Origin: Eledone cirrhosa
Lineage: Eukaryota
DNA length: 64,000 nt
Reading direction: 5' to 3'
Assembly (NCBI GenBank): GCA_964016885.1
Contig: OZ024750.1
Span: 51,956,001-52,020,000 of the forward strand
Under the pieces are notes generated by a model. It did not search any database. It saw only the letters and a list, made by a program, of their open reading frames with translations, and was not told the origin of the DNA. Made by a program: the position numbers and the translations under genes. Positions 54,317 through 64,000 of this stretch are shown here, piece after piece (positions within the stretch are counted from its first letter, which is position 1; each line of letters begins with the position of its first letter).

Positions 54317-54794
54317 CCTACAGCACAGTAGATACCTCATAAATTCTGTCTCCAAGTACTTTTTAGTGGTTAATGTTATCTCGTTGCCACCTCAACACTA
54401 TATCTAATGCACCATATAGCAGTTTTCACACGTCAATTACATACATCTGTATCATATCAGTCTGTTTAACATGCTAGATTCTTCATTATACTCTATCTCT
54501 TACTTATATTGATGTTAATATTTTAACTATTTGCTATCTAGTTATTTTATTTTATTATTGATATTATTGTTCTGGTCTAATACCACACCTATATAAAAGC
54601 CATTCCTTGTGTATCTTCTTCATTTAGCGTGCTCTGATGAAAACAACTGGGTATAAACAAAGTATTGGAGATCGATTGGCGCATAATCAAGAGGATAGCG
54701 AACTCTAGACCTACCAGATCAAAGAAACAATTGACAGCAATGTGAATAAAGCCCTTATTGTATAGCGAACCATATCACTCTTCTTTCTTGAATT

Positions 54795-54865
<71 letters not shown>

Positions 54866-54899
54866 TATATTAATAAATAAATATATATATATATATAAA

Positions 54900-55389
54900 C
54901 GTTTGTATATGTATAATAAAGCCAAAACAATGCAGGTATGGACATAGAATAAAGAATGCAAATGCAAAAGATATTGTTGACAATTAGTCTTTTACCTTAG
55001 ATTTATTTAAATGTCCTAAATTTTCGAGATAATATCTCTTCTTCAGAGGGAATAAAGTTGTCAAACCAGTGTTCTAAATAGCTTGCCAAGTCATGCTGAT
55101 AGGAAATGGTATAGAGTATCTCTTCTATCTCTAATTTCAAAGAGTTAAGATTAGGTGGATAAAGAGTAGTCTCCCTTTAAGAGGGGTTTGTTTTTGTTTT
55201 TTTGTTTTTGTTTTTTTGTACATGCCTGTTTAAGTGTGTGGGAGAATGCATGAAGGTGTAGGTATGTGAGTGTGTGTGTGTGAGTGTGAGAAGATATGTC
55301 TATACGTAAATGTGGGGGATAGATGTTATCTCGTGTTAGAACAGGTTTAGTGTGTGTATGTGTGAGAGAGGATAAGTGGAGGTGTAAGC

Positions 55390-55420
<31 letters not shown>

Positions 55421-55735
55421 CGTGTGTGCGTGGGGGGGGGGGGGGGGTAAATATGGGGTTAGGAGCTCTATCAAGTTATAAATTGGGTGTTGAGTTCTAG
55501 TCTATTATTAATTGGTGGTTGTGTTTTGTCTATAATTAGTGCTTCCTTAATTCTAAGATTGCCGAGGTTTCTTTCCTTAGTTTCTATCCTAACTATTATG
55601 GTTTTGTCGGTGTTTTTGCATTTAACTAGGTGTTTCTTAAATGAGGAAGCGTTAGAATTGAGGTGTTCTTTTATTCTTATGTGGAGTGGTCTGGTGGTGC
55701 TACCTACGTAGAAGTTGTTGCATTTGTAACCTCCT
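54900..55735 (-). mobile_element. 3' end of a PLE (GIY-YIG C-terminus 55471-55730 plus UTR)
   Basis: CNNFYVGSTTRPLHIRIKEHLNS..KHL..LRIKEALII..PPINNRLE*; HHR in UTR; (TA)n flanks. Confidence 0.8.
55014..55051 (-). ncRNA. Minimal hammerhead ribozyme
   Basis: ccct-CTGAAGA-a-GAGAT-att-ATCTC-GAAAA-TTT-agga. Confidence 0.7.
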
Positions 55736-55740
55736 CCTTT

Positions 55741-55778
<38 letters not shown>

Positions 55779-56070
55779 TATAAAGTAAAGCATGTCCATA
55801 GAATCATTTGATAATATATATACATTATTTCTTCTCCCAATTAGTATAATTAACCACACAAAAATCAATTAGACCAGGCTATAAGATTAAAAGGCACCTA
55901 TGAAGAAACAGTAAATAAATAAACGGTAGCAGCGTCTTCGCGGCCAACCGCTATAGAATATGTACCCAACATTTTAACAGCACGTGGAAATTAATTAAAT
56001 ATACGGTCAACCATACACAATTAGGTATAAAATTAAAGTTAGAAATGCTTATATACATACCAGGATTAAA

Positions 56071-56146
56071 TCCCCAACCCATGGGTTTCGTCTCATTTTG
56101 AGATATCCTGTTAAGGATAATCTCGAGTTTCGAACTCTTCAGGGGA
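56071..56146 (-). ncRNA. Hammerhead motif with branched stem II
   Basis: tccc-CTGAAGA-46 nt incl. hairpin gagat-tatcct..aggat-atctc-GAAAC-ccatgg-GTT-gggga. Confidence 0.7.
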
Positions 56147-56704
56147 CAAACTCGCTAGGACAGATTATTTTCTGAAGTGGCCCGCCAAACACGAATTCTA
56201 AATGGCTGAAAACCGTGACGTGGCAGTGGTCAAGTCAGAAAGAGTGTGATTGGCTGCTTACGGCGAGTGGGTTGGTTGCTAGAAAGCGCAGCCCAATATC
56301 GCCCAAATTGCATCTCAACCTTATGGGAGATTATTAAATATAAATATTTACATATACACCAATTAAACAAAGTCACAGATATATATATATATATGTGTTT
56401 TGGCAACCATTCACAATGTGGCTCAATGAAGAATTAATAAATGAAATAATCAGAGCAAAATACTATATATATATATATATATTTCGTTTCTGAATTTGTT
56501 TAGCAAGATTCTTTATCTGAAATCGTGTGTTGAAACCGATATTGTTATACTTTGGGAGGGTCATGTTGCCAATAAGAAACACACGCACCAGTTGCTTTCA
56601 CTTCAATTTATTATATATTTATAAATTTATAAATTTACAAATCTACAAATTTATAAATTTCTGGTTGGTTGGTTGGTTCCACAACCAGATAGTTGTTTAT
56701 ATAT

Positions 56705-56749
56705 AGTCATAGTCCTTTCGTCACACACTCTGTGACCTCTTCAGTGACT
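56705..56749 (-). ncRNA. Hammerhead ribozyme
   Basis: AGTCA-CTGAAGA-g-GTCAC-agagtgt-GTGAC-GAAAG-ga-CTA-TGACT (perfect 5-bp helix I). Confidence 0.85.
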
Positions 56750-56953
56750 GGGGATTCCTTTCTTTGTTTCTGTGCCTTTCCTTTCTTCTGTCCTACGCCA
56801 TTTTGTTTCTGTGTGTGTGTTGTGAGCTCAGTTTGCGCATGCGCCACATCCGGGTGTCTGTGTGTGTTTGTGTTCATTTATCTATTTGTTTATTTATTTA
56901 CATGTTATTGGTTGATTGTTTGTTCTATGTGTGTGTGTGTTTTCATTTTGTCC

Positions 56954-58096
56954 TTAATTGTAAGTTGTAATGTTGCTGTTCCACTCATATTTTCTATTTA
57001 ATTTTTGTTGTAATTCTTTTATGTTTATTGCCTCTGTAATTTGTCTAAACATTGCATCTTTTCTGTGTGTAGATTCTATTTTTATTTCTATGTTCTCTAA
57101 TTTACCCTTGTGTTCTATCTTAGCATGTTGGTAGAGTACGGATGATTCTTTATTATCTTGAAGGTCTCGCCAGTGTTCATTTATCCGTTCCCCTATACTA
57201 CGAGCTGTCTCACCTATGTACACTATATTTTTGTTTCTACATTGTCCTTCAGTACATCTTATGCTATACACTACATTTCTAATTTTACAGTTAATATGGG
57301 GGCTTATTTTACAGGTTATACATTTCTTATCTATACATGAGGGTCTTTGGAACGGGTATGTCTTGCTAATAAGTGTTTTTACGGAGGTACCAGGTCTTTC
57401 TACTATCTTAATATTGAGTTTATGTTTATTTAGGGCCCTTCTAAATTTGTAGGCTAGTTCGCCTCTAGGGGTTGTATCGATGAACATTACACTCTGGTAT
57501 TTATTGCTATCATACCATGAGTTTATTCTATTGGCCTTGTTCCTAGTTCTTTCTATTCTATTCCAAAATTTGCTCCTATACAAGGGGCAGGTCCCATTTA
57601 TGTCATTATTTACCATTTTTTCCCATTTAGTTCTGGCTCCTCTATACACTCTGATTCTATCTCTCTGATTGTAGCCAGAGAACTGCATACGGTGGATGAA
57701 GTGTTGTATGTGTCTCTCTAGTTCTTCGGGGTTGCACATGCGGGACACATTTCTCATCACCCGTACCAAATCCGCAATCAGTATGTTGATTTTGGTATGG
57801 TCCGAAATGGCCGAGTTTCGGTGGATCAGATGTTTGGAAGTCATGGGTTTGGCATAATGGGAATGGAGGATTTGTTTTTGGTTGTTAATGGTATCTAACC
57901 AGAGCTCTGTGTCTAGTACAGGTAATCGATGGTTGGGGTGTCTACTTGGGTAGTCTATAGTAACTCTAATGCTCTGGTGGATGGAGTTTTCTATTTGCTG
58001 GATGCTTTCCATTGTGTTTTTCTCTAGTTCCTGACTGTTCTCTAGTGGGGGTGTCTTAACTACGATGTTTATATCATCTACGTAGCGGGAGTACAT
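56954..58096 (-). pseudogene. PLE RT C-terminal half plus GIY-YIG endonuclease (open 380 codons, 5'-truncated)
   Basis: RYVDDI, LPVLDTELW, YAKP, CIDKKCITC, NVVYSIRC..C..YIGETARSIGERINEH, RQITEAINI, LNRKYEW. Confidence 0.9.
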
Positions 58097-58969
58097 TATC
58101 AGGGTTAAGCTGTCTTCTAACCAACCAACCAGAAATTTATAAATTTATAAATTTATTATAAATTTATTATAATAAATTGAAGTGAAAGCAACTGGTACGT
58201 GTGTTTCTTATTGGCAACATGACCCTCCCAAAGTATAACAATATATATACATATATATACATATATATATATATAATTGGTTATGCACGAGTGCATTAAG
58301 GTTTTCCAGGACACAGTGTTATGTACCGTGTAGGGGAAGGTCAGCTTACAACAGAGTGGTGCTCAACGAAATGCAGAAAATAGGTGTATATTCCAGTTTA
58401 GCTATACACGGGGCGTGTATAAAGAATCAAAAAGAACAGAAAGATGCAGTAAAAGAGATTTATTCGGTTCTAACGTACGTTTCAATAGACATCAATTTGC
58501 CTAGATCTCGCTGCATCTATAATATTATATAGTTAGTAGAGCATTCGACATCCAATGCATAATCAATTCCATATCATCAGAGATTATATTTACCGTACCA
58601 GAATGTTCAGGTTTTTATAGGAATTCATGTGAAGTTGAAGTAGAGAAGAAGGAGGATGTGACAAAGACGAGAGAGATAGGGGGGGGGTTTCATGGTTGTT
58701 GATGTAAAACAGAGGGGGGGGGATAAAATATGATAATGAAGTCTATATATGGACTAGTCCAACTGTGTGTGTGCTAGGGAGATGGTAGACGTTGATAGGT
58801 TTATGATATATGATAGATGGAGGCAGGGGAGATTAGGCCGAGTGACTTGTAAAGTATGTAGGAGGAGATGTTGAATAGGGGAGATGTGGTCAATAGAAGG
58901 CATAGCAATAATCCATGGGGACAGATAGGGGAAGTAGAAGGAAGATAGAGGAAAGCAGAAGTCGCAGGA

Positions 58970-61299
58970 TCAAATCAAGCCAGGTTTGTATTTCCAGAAC
59001 GTAGCCTTGAGTCTGTGATTGCAATATAGAGTCCTTTCCGTTCAGTTGTTGAGAAGAGTATAATTCGATTTTAGTATGTAAAATAGCTCCATATTGCATA
59101 ATCGGCAGTAAGGCTGGCCTGCACGATATGCAGAAGCACTAGCGAGTTTTGTCCATTTCAAAGTGTATTGCAGGTTACTTTCACGCAACTGCCAAATTGT
59201 ATTGGCTAAGGTAGTTACGGAACGGTATTTGATGTTCTTCATCGAACTACGGTGTTGGTACCAACGAGATTTAAAAGTGGTAGAGGTACAGCCGATATAG
59301 TGCCATCTCCGGTTATCCGATTCAACGGTGCATTGATACACCATATTGGATTCCATGCATTTGTTATTCAGAGGGCAACGATCAGGTAGGTTGCAGTTGC
59401 ACTTATCAGCTCTTGTAGTATTATTATCTTGTACAGGTTGCGTTAGGTTTATATGTGTGTCTGCTGCAGGAGGGTTTACATTCAGTGGTTGAGAATTTGA
59501 GGAAGTGTTGATGTTGTTTGGGGTGCTTCGTGTGGATGTGCTGACTAATCGTTTGGAGTTAAGTTTTTTAATAATTAGATCGAGATTGGGTGCTGTAGAA
59601 TATGAAAGCTTAATGGACCTTAGATTTAGTATTTTAGCGTATCGATGTGCAGGAGGAAAATGTGTTTTGATTAAATTGAAGAAAAGTGAAGAAATTCTAG
59701 GAGATGTTGAGGCATTGTATATTGGGTTGTACCAAAGGTAGCTACGATTCCGCTTTCTAGCTAGGTTGGGTTGTGTGCTTCTATTTCGACTATGCCTGTG
59801 CGGAAAGTGTATGTTGTGCATCGTACCTATATTATTGTTTATGCTAGTGCGTTGTGAGCCCTTATTTCTATATTGGTGTGCTGGATCTATGTACTCTATT
59901 TTGTCTTGGTATCCAGCCACCTTAAGCGCGTTGTTATAGTAGTAAGCGTGCTCACTAAAGACCTGGGGGGTAGATGACAGGCGTGATATTCTAAGGGAGA
60001 TGGCCCGAGGGATAGACCGTATAACCGAGGGTGGATGATTAGATTTATGGTCAACATACATAATATTTTCATTAGATTTATGGAATGGGCGGATTTCCCC
60101 CGTCTCTAGATTAAATGTTACATCCAAGAAATTTGTTTCAGTCAGGTTGTACTCAAAAGTAATGCTAAAACCAAGACTGTTTAAAAATTCGCTAACTTGC
60201 TAACGTAATCTTTCTATTTTCTGGTTGTTTAGGTGTTTAGCTAAAAGGAGCGCATCGTCGCGGTAGATACCCCCTTGTAGATTGCGGAATTGTTTCTCTA
60301 GTGCTTGAGCGATGAAGATGCCCACTACGTCTGTGACTTCGGCCGAATCGTTTGAGCCCATCGTGATATCAAAGAAAGATGGTCGATCTTTGCGCACCCA
60401 GTAGCTATCATCGAACTTAATTATGGTTTTTCTGGCCTCAAGGATGATGCCTATTTCCGCGTCGGTTAGGTCAGAATTCTCTCTGGCAAACATTAGGGTC
60501 TTATGCAGGGTATCGGGTGATATGGAAGAGTAGTAGTCGTTTATGTCGAATTGGATAAATTTTGATTCATCCCTATCCTTGATATTACTAAACCAACATA
60601 CCGCCTCCTCAGTATTTGCCCAGAGTTTTATGCCAGTTATCCGTTTTAACCGGGGGATTACTCTATCTAATATATATTTACTTACTCTACCTATATCCGA
60701 TTTCGATGGGCATATTAGTCTAATCTGGGGGTTTGCATGGAAATTGACTTTGTGGTCCTTTAAATTAAAGGATGGGGTCGCTGGAATTATTGGTTCTGTC
60801 CTGGTTCTTAACTATTTTGTGTGCCTCATTGTTAATATGTATAAGAGTAGATTTACCTGTTTTTTTTGTACTTCTTGTGTAGTTCAGTACGGATGAAGTT
60901 ATTATAGGTGTTTACATCTAGGGTGTACACGTTGGATGTTTTATCGGCCTTAATGATAATCCCACTGGTATTATTAAGTTTGTGGACCAGAGCTTTGATG
61001 TTCTTTTGTAGTGTATTTTCCTTTCGGCGGTAAAATTTAACTCTCGTAATAGTGTTTAGAAGGTCTTGTTCAAAGGCGTCAAGAAGAGGGTTAGACGGAG
61101 GGTTTTTGCAGGATCTAAATCCATAAGATTGCTTATCTGAGTTGGACTTCTGGTTATTACGGCCCATGTCGAAATGAAAAGCACTCCATCTGACACGGCG
61201 GATAAAGTCATTGGTGCATCGAATCATCCCCAAAGTATATTCTCTTTTATCCGGTACGGGTATGTTCCTAAGAGACATACCTATATGGTGCCTTTCCAT
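58970..61299 (-). pseudogene. PLE ORF (N-terminal domain, RT with YRDD, GIY-YIG), ~775 codons with a few disablements
   Basis: SLRNIPVP..FIRRVRW, ADKTSN, LKDHK, RLICPSKS, FIQFDI..YYSSI, FDITMGSNDSAEVTDVVG, IYRDDAL, CNC..CPL..C, YIGCTSTTFKSRW, CRLC; frameshift ~60850, stops ~60810, 60200, 59042. Confidence 0.92.
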
Positions 61300-62577
61300 T
61301 CTTGGGTTGTAAGCTGGTTTGGTTGCTCGACAATGTAGGAGGAAGATAATTGGTTATGCACGAGTGCATTAAAGTTTTCCAGGACACAGTGTTATGTACC
61401 GTGTAGGGGAAGGTCAGCTTACAACAGAGTGGTGCTCAACGAAATGCAGAAAATAGGTGTATATTCCAGTTTAGCTATACACGGGGCGTGTATAAAGAAT
61501 CAAAAAGAACAGAAAGATGCAGTAAAAGAGATTTATTCGGTTCTAACGTACGTTTCAATAGACATCAATTTGCCTAGATCTCGCTGCATCTATAATATTA
61601 TATAGTTAGTAGAGCATTCGACATCCAATGCATAATCAATTCCATATCATCAGAGATTATATTTACCGTACCAGAATGTTCAGGTTTTTATAGGAATTCA
61701 TGTGAAGTTGAAGTAGAGAAGAAGGAGGATGTGACAAAGACGAGAGAGATAGGGGGGGTTATGGTTGTTGATGTAAAACAGAGGGGAGGATAAAATACGA
61801 TAATGAAGTCTATATATGGACTAGTCCAACTGTGTGTGTGCTAGGGAGATGGTAGACGTTGATAGGTTTATGATCTATGATAGATGGAGGCAGGGGAGAT
61901 TAGGCCAAGTAACTTGTAAAGTATGTAGGAGGAGATGTTGAATAGAGGAGATGTGGTCAATAGAAGGCATAGCAATAATCCATGGGGACAGATAGAGGAA
62001 GTAGAAGGAAGATAGAGGAAAGCAGAAGTCGCAGGATCAAATCAAGCCAGGTTTGTATTTCGAGAACGTAGTCTTGAGTCTGTGATTGCAATATAGAGTC
62101 CTTTCCGTTCTATTGTTGAGAAGAGTATAATTCGATTTTAGTATGTAAAATAGCTCCGTATTGCATAATCGGCAGTAAGGCTGGCCTGCACGATATGCGG
62201 AAGCACTAGCGAGTTTTGTCCATTTCAAAGTGTATTGCAGGTTACTTTCGCGCAACTGCCAAATTGTATTGGCTAAGGTAGTTACGGAACGGTATTTGAT
62301 GTTCTTCATCGAACTACGGTGTTGGTACCAACGAGATTTAAAAGTGGTAGAGGTACAGCCAATATAGTGCCATCTCCGGTTATCCGATTCAACGGTGCAT
62401 TGATACACCATATTGGATTCCATGCATTTGTTATTCAGAGGGCAACGATCAGGTAGGTTGCAGTTGCACTTATCAGCTCTTGTAGTATTATTATCTTTGT
62501 CACATCCTCCTTCTTCTCTACTTCAACTTCACATGAATTCCTATAAAAACCTGAACATTCTGGTACGGTAAATATAA

Positions 62578-62693
62578 TCTCTGATGATATGGAATTGATT
62601 ATGCATTGGATGTCGAATGCTCTACTAACTATATAATATTATAGATGCAGCGAGATCTAGGCAAATTGATGTCTATTGAAACGTACGTTAGAA
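62578..62693 (+). ncRNA. Hammerhead motif with ~90-nt stem II insertion
   Basis: tct-CTGATGA-t-atgga..tctat-t-GAAAC-gtac-GTT-aga, then AATAAA. Confidence 0.6.
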
Positions 62694-62736
62694 CCGAATA
62701 AATCTCTTTTACTGCATCTTTCTGTTCTTTTTGATT

Positions 62737-62810
<74 letters not shown>

Positions 62811-62811
<1 letters not shown>

Positions 62812-63638
62812 AGAGATGTCAAATGAATGGACCTATTATTTTTATCTAACGACACTTTTTCCAATTCCATCCCGCCCGTCCCCTCAATCTATTTTATTTC
62901 TCATTCTTTCTACTGATGAAGGACTAGCGTCCGAAACGTTAAGACCCTCTTCCTGCTATATCAAGCGTTAACCTAATATATACCTTCCATATACTGTACC
63001 GATTTTGTTGTTATTTCTGTTTACCTTTTACATATATATATATGCAAATGGGTTACATATGAAAAAGTTTGTCCTCATCAGTGGCCTTCCAACCGTCGTA
63101 GGCATTTCGTCGCATTAAAGGCCATATACCTCTGGTTGGTGCGAGCAACGGCTAAAAAAAGTCGCTGGGACACGTAAATAAAGGGGACGCTAGGGTAAAC
63201 AGACAAAATGGTTTAAGCAGCAGAAAGTGATGAAGAAGAAACAAGTCCCAGATTTCTAGCCGGTATGAAATTTTTTTTCTCTCTCTCTCGTCTGCGACTT
63301 CACAGAACTTATGTTTACCGAATTCGCAGACCAGACCCCTTCTTCCTCCCGTTAGACCTGTGCGAAATTCCTTCCTTGCTCACATTTCAACCAGGTTTGA
63401 TGGTCTTTATTCTCTCGTTCACGATTCCACCGAATTTATATTCATAGAAATCTGGGACTTGTTTCTTCTTCATCACTTTCTGCTGCTTAAACCATTTTGT
63501 CTGTTTACCCTAGCGTCCCCTTTATTTACGTGTCCCAACGACTTTTTTTAGCCGTTGCTCGCACCAACCTGAGGTATATGGTCTTTAATGCGACGAAATG
63601 CCTACGACGGTTGGAAGGCCACTGATGAGGACAAACTT

Positions 63639-63675
<37 letters not shown>

Positions 63676-63894
63676 AAAGGTAAACAGAAATATCAACACA
63701 ATCGGTACAGTATATGGAAGGTATATATTAGGTTAACGCTTGATATAGCAGGAAGAGGGTCTTAACGTTTCGGACGCTAGTCCTTCATCAGTAGAAAAAA
63801 TGAGAAATAAAATAGATTGGGGGGATGGGCGGGATGGAATTGGAAGAAATGTCGTTAGATAAAAATAATAGGTCCATTCATGTTGACATCTCTT
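62811..63894. repeat. 1.08-kb compound palindrome (arms ~450 bp, spacer ~190 bp) of two HHR-bearing modules
   Basis: 62811-63258 is the reverse complement of 63445-63894, with an internal (TA)n of different length in each arm. Confidence 0.92.
62908..62944 (+). ncRNA. Minimal hammerhead ribozyme (inverted copy at 63760-63796)
   Basis: CTGATGA-a-GGAC-tagc-GTCC-GAAAC-GTTA. Confidence 0.85.
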
Positions 63895-63912
63895 GCAATA
63901 TATATATAAATG

Positions 63913-63917
<5 letters not shown>

Positions 63918-64000
<83 letters not shown>
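63918..64000. repeat. (TG)n microsatellite to window end
   Basis: Directly visible. Confidence 0.97.

Larger units (their letters stand above)
56482..58243 (-). mobile_element. 5'-truncated PLE (YVDD RT, Cys-containing GIY-YIG; Neptune/Poseidon-like) with inverted 5' terminal copy
   Basis: 58119-58243 is the reverse complement of 56539-56677; (TA)n flanks; HHR in 3' UTR. Confidence 0.88.
58273..62744 (-). mobile_element. Near-complete Penelope-like element with partial-tandem pseudo-LTRs and inverted 5' segment, in (TA)n
   Basis: Direct repeat 58273-59430 / 61346-62497; 62494-62744 is an inverted copy of 61491-61740; three HHR copies (58467-58584, 61540-61655, 62578-62693). Confidence 0.93.

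Noticed and set aside
59042-59044. In-frame TGA in a Naiad-like PLE as possible selenocysteine (some Naiads encode selenoproteins)
   Set aside because: The duplicate copy has AGA (Arg) at this codon, the conserved Cys positions are normal Cys codons, and other stops in the ORF are TAG; simple decay

Overview
Repeat-saturated, AT-rich eukaryotic (metazoan) DNA with no recognisable host gene, rRNA, tRNA gene or CRISPR array. The SINE family and microsatellite style suggest a cephalopod such as Octopus, but that is inference only. The left ~27 kb is a nest of non-LTR retrotransposons. It holds four L1/Tx1-clade LINEs (one near full-length copy in a (GATA)n array, two in (TTA)n arrays), R4/Dong-type RLE LINEs flanked by (TAA)n, RTE fragments and tRNA-derived SINEs. 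The right ~33 kb is dominated by Penelope-like elements (PLEs) of several families inserted in (TA)n. These include one near-complete RT+GIY-YIG element with a partial-tandem pseudo-LTR and inverted 5' segment, many short fold-back or palindromic derivatives, and about 15 hammerhead-ribozyme (HHR) motifs, several with greatly expanded or branched stem II. A CR1-like LINE and a non-autonomous Helitron are also present. Three observations stand out: microsatellite targets appear partitioned among element families (Tx1 in GATA vs TTA), HHR-bearing PLE fold-backs are dense and diverse, and the SINE 3' tail resembles the Tx1 3' end. All calls come from reading the sequence by eye, with no database searches or folding runs.
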